A stretch of 64,000 nucleotides of DNA, from contig JAXLNO010001237.1 in assembly GCA_038087875.1 (NCBI GenBank), forward strand, positions 1 through 64,000, in the 5' to 3' direction. Below are positions 1 through 11,000 of this stretch, in pieces; the stretch's first letter is position 1, and each line of letters opens with the position of its first letter. The translations under genes were made by a program, and so were the position numbers. The stretch is from Malacoraja senta. Lineage: Eukaryota. Under the pieces are notes generated by a model. That model was given only the letters and a program-made list of their open reading frames with translations. It did no database searches and was not told the DNA's origin.

Positions 1-992
1 GCCCCTCAAGGGTGCGTTCTGTCACCTCAGCTCTTCTCACTTTACACCACCAACCTCACATCCCAATGCAGCTCAGTTAAAATTTTCAAATATGCAGACG
101 ACACGACAATAATTGGCCTCATCTCAGACAACAATGAATCACAATACCATCAAACAGTGGACAGCGCAGTCAAATGGTGCGCAGAAAACAACCTCCAGCT
201 TAACACCTCAAAAACCTTAGAAACCATCATAGATTTCAGACGCAAACAAAACCTCAAACCCCCGGTCCATGTCAACTCCCATCCCATAACCTCCACGAAC
301 TTATTTAAGTTTCTGGGCACCTATATCTGCAATAATCTAAAATGGCACATCAATGCTGACCACATCATTAAGAAAGGACAACAACGCCTATACTTCCTCA
401 GACAGCTCAAGAAGTTCAGAGTCCACAAACATCTCCTGGTACGCTTCTATCAATCCATCATTGAAAGCATCATCACCTCCTCAATCACAGCCTGGTACGG
501 AAACACTGACAGTCACTCACTACACAGAATACAGCGCATTGTCTCCAAGGCCTCTAGGATCATCAACTCTCCCCTCCCCTCAATCCATTCCATTTACCTC
601 CAACGTACCTCAAAACGGGCAACAAAGATCATCTCGGACCCCTCCCATCCAGCAAACCACCTTTTCCAGTCTCTCCCTTCAGGGAGGCGCCTTAGGTCAC
701 TTGCTACAAAATCCACCCGTTTTAAAAACAGTTTCTTCCCCTCAGCAATAAGAACACTTAATTCCCTCCAATAACTTTTTGACTTTGATGTATACAGTGT
801 CTTGTCTATGGTTTTTGTCTGTTCTTTTGCACTATGTATTGTTGGTGAGATTTGTGATTTGTGATGTGCTTTATTATTATTGTTGTTAGTGTTAATGTGC
901 TAAAGCAGTGTACCATCATGTACCGAACCCAATTACCACCAACCCTGGTCGTGTGGCAAATAAAGTTTCTATTCTATTCTATTCTATTCTAT
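1..992 (+). mobile_element. Rex1/Babar-type LINE, 3' end (RT C-terminus, 3' UTR, tail)
   Basis: ORF 157..774 (...KTLETIIDFRR...QQRLYFLRQLKKF...RFKNSFFPSAIRTLN), then AATAAA and an (ATTCT)n tail. Confidence 0.85.
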
Positions 993-1092
993 AAAGCTTT
1001 GAGAAGAGTGAGCGATATAAATTGAAATTATTTGCTTCGATCTGAAACTAGTCTTAAATTACAACAAAGGAAACTGCGAATGTATGAGTGTT

Positions 1093-1713
1093 TAAGAAGG
1101 AACTGCAGATGTTGAAAAATCGAAGGCAGACAAAAGTGTTGGAGAAACTCAGCGGGTGCAGCAGCATCTATGGAGCGAAGGAAATAGGCAACGTTTCGGA
1201 CCAAAACCGTTCTTCAGACTGATGTGGGGGGGGGGGGGTAGGGGTAAGGGGGGGGGGTGGGGGGTTGGGAGTGGGGGGTGGGGAGAAGAAAGTAGAAAGG
1301 AAGAGGAGGAGTCTGAGGGCTGAGTGATAGCTGAGAAGGGAAGGAGACAACCAGAAATTGGAGGTCAATGTTTATGCCACTAGGGTGCTACCTGCCCAAG
1401 CAGAATATGAGGTGCTGCTCCTCCAATTTCTGGTGCTGCTCACTCTGGCCATGGAGGAGGCCCAGGACAGAAAGGTCGAATTTGGAATGGGAGGTGGAGT
1501 TGAAGTCCTGAGCCACAGGGAGATCAGGTTTATTAATGCGGAGGTGTTCGGCGAAATGATCGCCAAGCCTACGCTTGGTGTCACTGATGTAGATCAGCTG
1601 ACCTCTAGCGCAGCGGATGCAATAGATGAGGTTGGAGGAGATGCAGGTGAACCTCTGTCGCACCTAGAACGACTGCTTGGGTCCTTGAATGGAGTCGAGG
1701 GGGGGGCGAATGT
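1093..1713 (-). mobile_element. Penelope-like element fragment (GIY-YIG C-terminus)
   Basis: ORF 1388..1663 RQRFTCISSNLIYCIRC...YISDTKRRLGDHFAEHLR. Confidence 0.8.
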
Positions 1714-1933
1714 ATGAGTTGTGAGTTGTTGGGTAGACTGGGAAACTACATTAAAAGAATAAATGTGGCAGGAATAGACCAATCTGTAGGCTATCACTTT
1801 ATGTGAGGTTAAGAGTAAGAAAATATTGAGGCATATGCCTAAGAACCAGAACGAAGAACTGTGACATTCGGGAGTTCTGTGCGTTGACAGATACCAGCCA
1901 GAAGAACCCCGAGGGGTGACTTTTAGTCAGTCA

Positions 1934-2050
1934 CTATGCACGTTTGATGGCAGCATATTCGGTTGTCTCCTCGCTGACTTCTAAGGTTGGAGCTTTGGCA
2001 TTCTGTCGTACAAACTGAATATCAGCATACAACACCTCCGGTTCTGCCGA
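1934..2050 (-). CDS. Exon 10 (terminal coding): SAEPEVLYADIQFVRQNAKAPTLEVSEETTEYAAIKRA* with ITIM VLYADI and ITSM TEYAAI
   Basis: Acceptor ttctgtttttctgttgcag|TCG, phase 0, TAG at 1936-1934. Motifs match the (I/V/L/S)xYxx(I/V/L) and TxYxx(I/V) consensus. Confidence 0.88.
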   Translation of the reverse strand, partial: SAEPEVLYADIQFVRQNAKAPTLEVSEETTEYAAIKRA

Positions 2051-5000
2051 CTGCAACAGAAAAACAGAATGTAAATGGCACAAGAGACTGCTGAATCCAT
2101 AAGCCGATTTTGTCCATCAGTCAGAAAATACGCAAAATCACTCCATACCATCACAGTTTATAACGCATGACATCAAAAACATATAAGATGAACAAGAAAG
2201 AACATTTACCAAAAGGGGAAAAGAGAGCAAACTAGTTATAGTCATAGAGTAATACAGTGTGGAAACAGGCCCTTTAGCTCAACTCACTCACACCAGTCAA
2301 CAATGTCCCATCCACCCGAGTCCCACTTGCCTGCGCTTGGTCCATAACCATCCAAACCTGTCCTATCCATGTACATGTCCAACTGTTTCTTAAACGATGG
2401 GATAGTCCCAGCCTCAACTACCTCCTCTGGCAGCTTGTTCCATACACCCACCACACTCTGTGTGAAAAAGTTACCCCTTGGATTCCTATTAAATCGTTTC
2501 CCCTTCACCCTGAACCTATGTCCTCTGGTCCGCGATTCCCCTACTCTGGGTAAAAGACTGTGCATCTACCCGATCTATTCCCCTCATGATTTTATATACC
2601 TCTATAAGATCTCCACTCATCCTCCTATGCTCCATGGAATAGAGACCCAGCCTACTCAACCTCTCCATATAGCTCACACCCTCTAGTCCTGGCAACATTC
2701 TTGTTAATCTTTTCTGAACACTTTCAAGCTTGACAACATCTTTCCTATAACATGGTGCCCAGAACTGAACACAATATTCCAAATGCAGTCTCACCAACGT
2801 CTTGACGCACCAACGTCTTGAATGCAACATGACCTCCCAACTTCTATAATCAATACTCTCTCTGATGAAGGCCAAAGTGCCAAAAGCCGTTTTGACCACC
2901 TTATCTACCTGCGACTCGACCTTCATGGCACCATTCACTTGTACTCCTAGATCCCTTTGCTCTACTACACTACCCAGAGGCCTGCCATTTACTGTGTCGG
3001 TCCTGCCCTAGTTCAACGTCCCAAAATGCAACACCTCACACTTCTCTGTATTAAATTCCATCAACAATTTCTCCGCCCACCCGGCCAATCGATCCAGATC
3101 CTGCTGCAATCGTTCACAATCATCCTCACTATCTGCAAAACCACTAACTTTTGTATCATCAGCAAACTTGCTAATCTTACCCTGTATGTTCTCATCCAAA
3201 TCATTGCTGTAGATGACAAGCAGTAACGGGCCCAGCATCAAACCCTGTGGCACACCACTAGTCACAGGAATGAATGTGATGTATGTACGTAAGACTTTAA
3301 ATATAATTATATTTATGGAAGCTTGTTCATATGTAAGGGTTTAAGGTGGACATTTGTAAACCTGAGATGGCTTGTATAGGTCTAAAAAGGCATGGGCCAA
3401 AATGTCGCCTGTCCATTTCGTTCCGCAGATGCTGCCTGACCCACTGAGTTGCTCCAGCTGTTTGTATTTATGTCTGGTACTTACCATAGTGACATTGGTG
3501 GCCGGTTCTGTATTGGTCTTGGTTTCAACTGAAATAAAATAAGAATCTGTTGAGTTGTCACATACGGGTGATAATCAAAATGAAATCATATTGCGGTATA
3601 CAAACTTATTGTCATCCTTTATCCAGTGCATTCAGATAGCTGCAACATTCTGCAGAACACATATGTTTAGTTTAGACATATAGCATGGAAACAGGCCCTT
3701 CAGCCATCAAGTATACGCTGGCCAGCAATCCCCGTACACTAACACTATCCTACACACTAGGGACAAACGTGTACGTCTTTGAAGTGTGGGAGGAAACCAG
3801 AGCAATTGGGGAAAACCCACATGGTCACAGGGAGAATGTGCAATCTCCGTACAGACAGCACCCGTAGTCAGGATTGAACCCAGATCGCTGGTGCTGTAAG
3901 ACAGCAACTCTACCACTGCGCCATTGTGCTGTGATATGTATGTAGAGTTTCTCACTCTTGACAGGGGCATGAGAAGACTCACATATGCCTTAAAGGCTAG
4001 ACCTGGCTTACTTCTGGAGTCTGCAGGCTGTGGATCGGGCCCTTTTTAGGGAGTTAAGACAAACTGCGTAGGCCTATGCTTCAGTGCAGTATTGTAGAAG
4101 CTGCATTTTAGGTGGTGGATCCGTAAACTTTTCAATTGAATGTAAAGGGTTATAATTTAATTAATTCATGGACATATGCCCTTTAGCTCACTATCATAGG
4201 TTTAAATTCAGCCAACGTCAAATGGATTAAAATTTGAAAGTATGTGTTAATGTTGGTCTTTCTAAAATTCTGCCATTAATTTGTCACTTACAGCAGGCAT
4301 CTTTCGGGAGGATGCAGGAATTGATATATATCCAATAATTCGTTTAAGACTGATGGTGTCTCCATTTAGTGGAGAAGGGCAGAGGCAGCAGTACTTGGTG
4401 GCAGGCAGCTCTCTATTTTTGGGACACAAGAGACTGCAGATGCTGGAATCTGATAAGGTAGCGTGGCGTCGAAGGAAGGTAATCGCTGGAGATCTGCAAC
4501 AGCCTGGGACTTGCCTGGAACAGGCACTGCTCATAAGAACTAGAGCGAGGACTTTTAAAATAGCACCACCAGATGGCGCCTCTTGCACGCGGGCCCAGTA
4601 GACTATTTCTGTACATTTGCTAATTAGGAATCGGCAATATTCTACAGGACTATTTGTATGAAAAATAATTTCATTGTGTTAGCACTTTGCAAATGTGACA
4701 TTAAAAGCACTATTGAACCATTGTTTCCGCATATCACCTTCTGACCTACCAGATTCCAACGTCTGTAGGATTCCAGCATCTTTTGTTTCCACATTAGCTT
4801 TCAGCCTCTATTCCCACCATCTGCCCCCTCACTTGGCTCATCTGCCCCTCTTTCCTCTCTTCATCTGTTTCTATCTATTACTGCCTGCCCTGCCTCACAC
4901 CTCCCCTTCACCTCTTTCTATTGGCTATCTGCTCTCTATAATCACGACCCAAAACATCGACCAGAACGCTATTTTAGTTGCCTAGATGGAGACCTTGAGT

Positions 5001-8000
5001 GCTTGAATAAGATTGTTCAGATACAAGATCTAATAGAGAGGAGATATGTATTCCAATTGTCCCTATTGATCTAAGATATAGGAGCAGATTTAGGCCATTT
5101 GGCCCATCAAGTTCCACCATTCGATCATGGCTGATCGATATTTCCCTCTCAACCCCATTATCCCATCCTCTCCCTGTAACCTTTGACACCCTCACTAACC
5201 AACAACCTATTAATCCCCGATTTAAAAATACCCAATGACATGGCCTCCACTGCCATCCATGGCAACGGATTCCACAGATTCACTCAGATATGGTGTTAGT
5301 GCAAGAAGACTAAGTTGTGAAGAATTTTCTTTGAAGAATGCTTTGAATCTTTATATTTATCTGTCAGAGAACTGTGAAGCTAATTTGTTGAGTATATTTA
5401 AAGGAATTGAAAAGCCATAGAGGTTGAATAGTTTAAGTTGAGAATGGTGCAACAATGGGCTACTCCCTTGACTGTTTCTTATGTTCTTACATTTGGAATC
5501 ATTACTGAACATAGCCAACATTTGAAGAAATCCCCAATATGAATACTGAAATTAACTTTTCACCTGTAACTGTTGAATAAACTGCGTTCAGGTCTTCAGT
5601 AGAGTTCCTAGGGAAATGATATAGAACACACTGTCAGTGAACTATTTATATTTGTTGAATGTCTCTGAAGAACAACAATGAGACTGCATTGGTATTGGTT
5701 TATTGTTCTTATGTGTACCGAGGTACAGTGAAAAGATTGATTTGCATGTTATCCAGTCAAATCATACTATACAATCAAAGCAGATACAAGTACAACAGGT
5801 GGTGCAAAGATAAAAATACAAGAGAAACAAATGTGGTGTTATAGCATTTTAGCTTTACGGCCAGAAAAAAAAGTGGCGCCACAATTACACAGCGGTAGAG
5901 TTGCTGCCTTACAGTGTTAGAGACACAGATTCGATCCTGACTATGGCTGTTGTCTATACGAAGTTTGTACATTCTCCCCGTGACCTGCGTGGGTTTTCTC
6001 CGGGTGCTCCAATTTCCTCCCACACTCCAAAGATGTACAGGTTTGCAGATTAATTGGCTTTGGTAAAAATTGTAAATTGACCCCAGTGAGTAGGATAGTG
6101 TTAGTGATCACTGGGCTCAGTTGGCTGAAGGGCCTATTCCCACACTATATCCCTAAAGTCTAAAGCAAGGTCTGCAATGTGGCGGGCTGTTCAATAATCA
6201 TATAAAATAGTCTTATTTTCTAAATGGGGAGAGAATTCAGAAATCAGAGGTGCAAAGGGACTTGGGAGTGCTGGTGCAGGATTCACAAAAGATTAATTTG
6301 CAAGTCGAATCACTAGTAAGGAAGGTGAATGCAAAGCTAGCATTTATTTTGAGGGCTACAATACAAAATAGGTTGTAATGCTGAGGCCTTTTAAGGCACT
6401 GCTCAGACCGTGTTTGGCGTATTATGAGCAGTTTGGGCCCTATATCTGAGGAAGGATGTGCTGACATTGGGACCCAGCCTCTCCAGTCCCTCTACATAAC
6501 TGAAGTTTTAATTTAATTTAGTTTAAGATCCAGCGTGGAAACAGGCCCTGCGGCCCACCGAGTCTGTGCCGACCAGCGATTCCCGCACAATAACACTATC
6601 CTACACATTAGGAAAATTTACCATTTTACCTACAATTAGCCTGCAAACCTGTACTTCTTTGGAATGTATGAGGAAACGAGCACCCGGAGCAAACCCATGC
6701 AGGTCACGGGGAGAACAGACAAATTCTGAACATATAGCACCCATAGTCAGAATCGAACCCGTGTCTCTGGCGCTGTAAGGCAGCAACCCCACCGTGCCTG
6801 AACTGTTCCATCCCACGAAACGTCCATGTTCTTCGGTCTTTGCTGGATTCAACGCCTGTGCCCAACATGCTTAATTCAATATCATATTGAAGCAAGACGT
6901 GAAAATACATTTTACTCACCCCTCTGGTTTAAATATGTGTTGAAAGCACACCCATTTTTTCATATAGCACACTGCTATTGCTAAGATGACGAATAAGAGG
7001 ACGAATACCAGGACACAGGCTACAATACCGCCCAAGATTTTCAAAGACAACATTTTATATGGTTCTGAAAAATATCGAATGTTTATATAGATTTTAGATG
7101 CAACCTGTATTTATTTATATCATTTTAAGGAAACACACAGGCTTGCTTGATGCCCCATCATAGATGCCCCATCATAGCATTCTCCAAAGCAACCCAGATT
7201 GGGATAAAAAACAGAAAATGGTGAACACACTCAGCAGATCAGGCTGCATCTGTGGGGAGAGATGCAATCTACGCTGCAAGTTGAAAATCCTTCATCAGAA
7301 CTGAGCAAGCGAGTTAGTCTGAGAGACCAGGTTGGTCTAAGTAGCCAGGAACCTGGGGGAGGGCAGAGGGTGGAACAAAGTGAATGTCTGTAATAAAACA
7401 TAAAACAGTGTAGAAGTGTAGCACAGAAACAAGCTGCATCTGTGCCGAACATGATGACAAGTTAAACTAATCTCCTCTGCCTGCAAAATATGACACAATG
7501 TTCTGGAGTAACTCAGCGGGTCAGGCAGCATCCCTGGAGAATATGGATAGGCGACATTTTGGGTCGGGATCTTTCTTCAGACTGATTGTGTGTGTGGGGG
7601 GAGGGGAGGATAGAAAGCTAGAAGAGAGGAAGGGCAGGACAAAGCATAACAGGTAATAGGTAATACAGGTGAGGGGTTTTGACAGGAAGATGGTTGGACA
7701 AAGGCCAGAGATGAAAAAACAGGTAATTGTCATAGTCACAGAGTGATCAGTGTGGAATCAGGCCCTTCAGCCCAACTCGCCCACATCGGCCAACAATGTC
7801 CCAGCTGCACTAGTCCCACTTGCCTGCGTTTGGTCCATTTCCCTACAAACCTGTCCTTTCCATGTACCTGTCTAATTGTTTCTTAAATAATCGGATAGTC
7901 ACAGCCTCAACTAACTCCTCTGGCAGCTTGTTCCATACACCCACCACCCTTTGCGTGAAAAAGTTATCCCTCGGATTCCTATTAAATCTTTTCCCCTTCA

Positions 8001-11000
8001 CCTTGAACCTATGTCTTCTGGTCCACATTTCCCCTCCTCTGTTCCTCCAATGATTTTGTATATGTCTCTAAGATCTCCCCTCATCCTCCTACTCTCCATG
8101 GAATAGAGACCCAGCCTTCTCAACCTCTCCCTGTAGCGCACACCCTCTAGTCCTGGTAACATCCTTGTAAATATTTTCGGAACCCTTTCAAGCTTGACAA
8201 TATATTTCCTATAACATGGTGCCCAGAACTGAACACAATATTCTAAATCCTTCTTCAGACTGATAGGGGGTGGGGGGGTGGGGATAGGAAAAAGGAGGTT
8301 GGAGGGAAGGGGGGGATCACAGAGGGGGGGCAGTTAGAGAGGAGGTTGTGAAACTGTCTCCGGAGAGAGGAGGAGAACTTCTTCAAAGTAGACAGTTTCA
8401 CAACCTCCTCTCTAACTGCCCCCCCCCCCTCTGTGATCCTCCCTTCCCTCTAACTCCTCCTTTTTCCTTTCTTCTCCCCGCCTCCCCCCACCCCCTATCA
8501 GTCTGAAGAAGGGTTTTGGCCCGAAACGTTGCCTATTTCCTTCGCTCCATAGATGCTGCTGCACCCGCTGAGTTTCTCCAGCATTTTTGTGTACCTTCGA
8601 TTTTCCAGCATCTGCAGTTCCTTCTTAAACACAATATTCTAAATGCAGTCTCACCAACGTCTTATACAACTGCAACACGACCTCCCAACTTCTACACTCA
8701 ATACTTTGACTGATGAAGGACAAAGTGGCAAAAGCCTTTTTGACCACCTTATTTACCTGCGACTCGACCTTCAAGGAACCATGCACCTGCACTCCTAGAT
8801 CCCTCCACTACACTACCCAGAGACCTACCATTAACTGTGTAGGTCCATGTACACAACATCTACAGCTCTGCCCACATCCACCTTTTTGTTCACGTCTTCA
8901 AAAAAAATCAATCAGATTTGTGAGACACGACCTCCCAGGTACAAAACCATGCTGACTATTCCTTATCTGTCCATGAATTGTTTGTTACTGGAGAGTATCC
9001 CACAGAATACTCTCCAGTAACAAACCACTACAGATGTTAAGCTCACCGGCCTATAGTTCCCAGCATTTTCTCTGCAGCTCTTCTTGAAAAGAGGCACAAC
9101 ATTTGCCAACTTCCAGTCTTCAGGCACCTCTCCTGCACTCGTAAATTTCAATCAGGGCTCCCACAACTTCCTCTCCAGTTTCCCGTAATGTCTTTGGATA
9201 TATCGGATCAGGCCTGGAGATTTGTCTACCTTCAAACATGACAGTGCCTTCAGTACTTCTTCGATGGTAACCCTGTCTGCTCTCAAGACACTTCCAGTGA
9301 CTGCTCCAATTTCCTCCGTCCTACTGTCTTTCTCCTCAGTAAATACAGAGGAGAAATACTCATTTAGGACCTTGCCCATCTCCTGTGGCTGCACAGAGGT
9401 GACCGCTTTGATTCCTGAGAGGTCCCACTCTCTCTCTAGTTACCCTTTTCCCCCTTATGTATTTATAAAGTCTTTTGGGATTGTCCTTAATGCAGAGCTG
9501 CCAAGTTCTGTCAGAGCATTTCAGTATTCTAGTACCTGAAAATCAGTATTTTGCTGAGAAAATCAGTATTTTTATGCGGTGCCATTTTGCTGAACAAAAT
9601 GTTATTTTTTATGTGCGACCATACCCATGTAAGAGTACAAGAATGCATAACTTTGCTACCAATTGACATGTCTTCTACACACCTTACTTAACGGTGCATT
9701 CATTGCCATCTCTTTGTATACTGCTGTTTGAACGGTTGCTTCCTGCTTTTAGCACCAGATGATGATGTAGAATCCATTTTGGAAGTCTCCCTCTCCCTCG
9801 CTCCCTCTCGCTCTCTCCCTCCTTCCTCTCCCTCCTTCCTCTCTCTCCCTCCTTCCTCTCTCTCCCTCCCTCTCCCTCTCCTCCCCTCCCCCTCTCTCCC
9901 TCCCGCCTTCCCTCTCTCCCTCCCTCTCTCTCTATCTCTGCTTCTTTTTTTCTCCCTCCCTCTCTTATTCCCTCCCTCCTTCTCTCCCCCCTCTCTCCCT
10001 CTCTCCTTCTCCCTCTCCCCCTCCCCCTCCCCTCTGCATCCTCTCTCCCTCTCTCCACCCCTCCCTCTCTCCCCCTTGAGCCCACCCGCCGTTCTGTAAA
10101 ATCAAGGCCAATCCCAATGTAACTGCAATCCCACTGGTAACCTTTCACCACTAGGCTTATCCAGAATTCTACCACTGCCTGAAAAAGAATCAAAGGCTCA
10201 AAGAGAATTCCAAAGACTCATTGTTATACGAGAATTTTCCTGAACAGTCTGTGACCCATAGCGCTGTGGCCATAGTAAAGCCCGTAGCGCTATGTTTAAA
10301 GCCCATAGCACTCCAGCCGGCAGCACTATATTTGGAACCCACAGCGCGCAGTCGACAGCTCTTCGTTTAAATTCCCACGTGTTAAACTGATAGCACTCTG
10401 TGTAAACCTGGAGCAGAACAGGCAGCGACTCTGGAGAGAAGGAATGGGTGACGTTTCTGGTCGAGACCCTTCTTCAGACTGAACTGAACTCCGTATTTAA
10501 AATCCGTATTTAACAACACAAAATCGTACATCAGTATTCTTATCGCATTTCTGTACAAAATACGGAAAATCCGTACTACTTGGCAGCTCTGTTAATGCTA
10601 CCTGCCAGAGCTATCTCCTGGCCCTTTTTTGTCCTTCTGATTTCCGTTTTTTAGTTTACTCCTTAGTTCCCGAAACTCCGCCAGGGATGCACTTGATCCC
10701 AGTTGCCTAAACCTGTCCCATGCTTCAATCCTGTTTTTAACTAACGTCTCAATTTCCCTCGTCAGCTAAGCTTCCTTACGTTTGCCTGCTTTGCCTGTCA
10801 CTCCACTTGGCTGATGTTCCTTTTCCCTCAACCTACTCCAGTCAACTTTAGCGAGACTTTCTCTCATACCCTCAAAGTTGGCCTTACCCCAGTTGAGCAT
10901 TTTAACACGTGGACCCTCTCCGTCCCTATCCATAACTATCTTAACCATAATCGAACACTGGTCCAAAAGGCTCCTCTACATGCACTTCATTAACTTGCAC

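Noticed and set aside
5290-5360. Alternative terminal exon DKYKDSKHSSKKILHNLVFLH* (minus)
   Set aside because: The sequence resembles a decayed CR1 3' region on the plus strand, and exons 9-10 give a better in-frame tail.
5873-5960. tRNA gene
   Set aside because: The tRNA-like sequence is the head of a multi-copy SINE and continues into SINE body and tail; no intact cloverleaf.
9684-10193. 169-aa R/E/G-rich ORF and the antisense S/L/P-rich ORF
   Set aside because: These are translations of a CT-rich low-complexity tract inside the DNA transposon.
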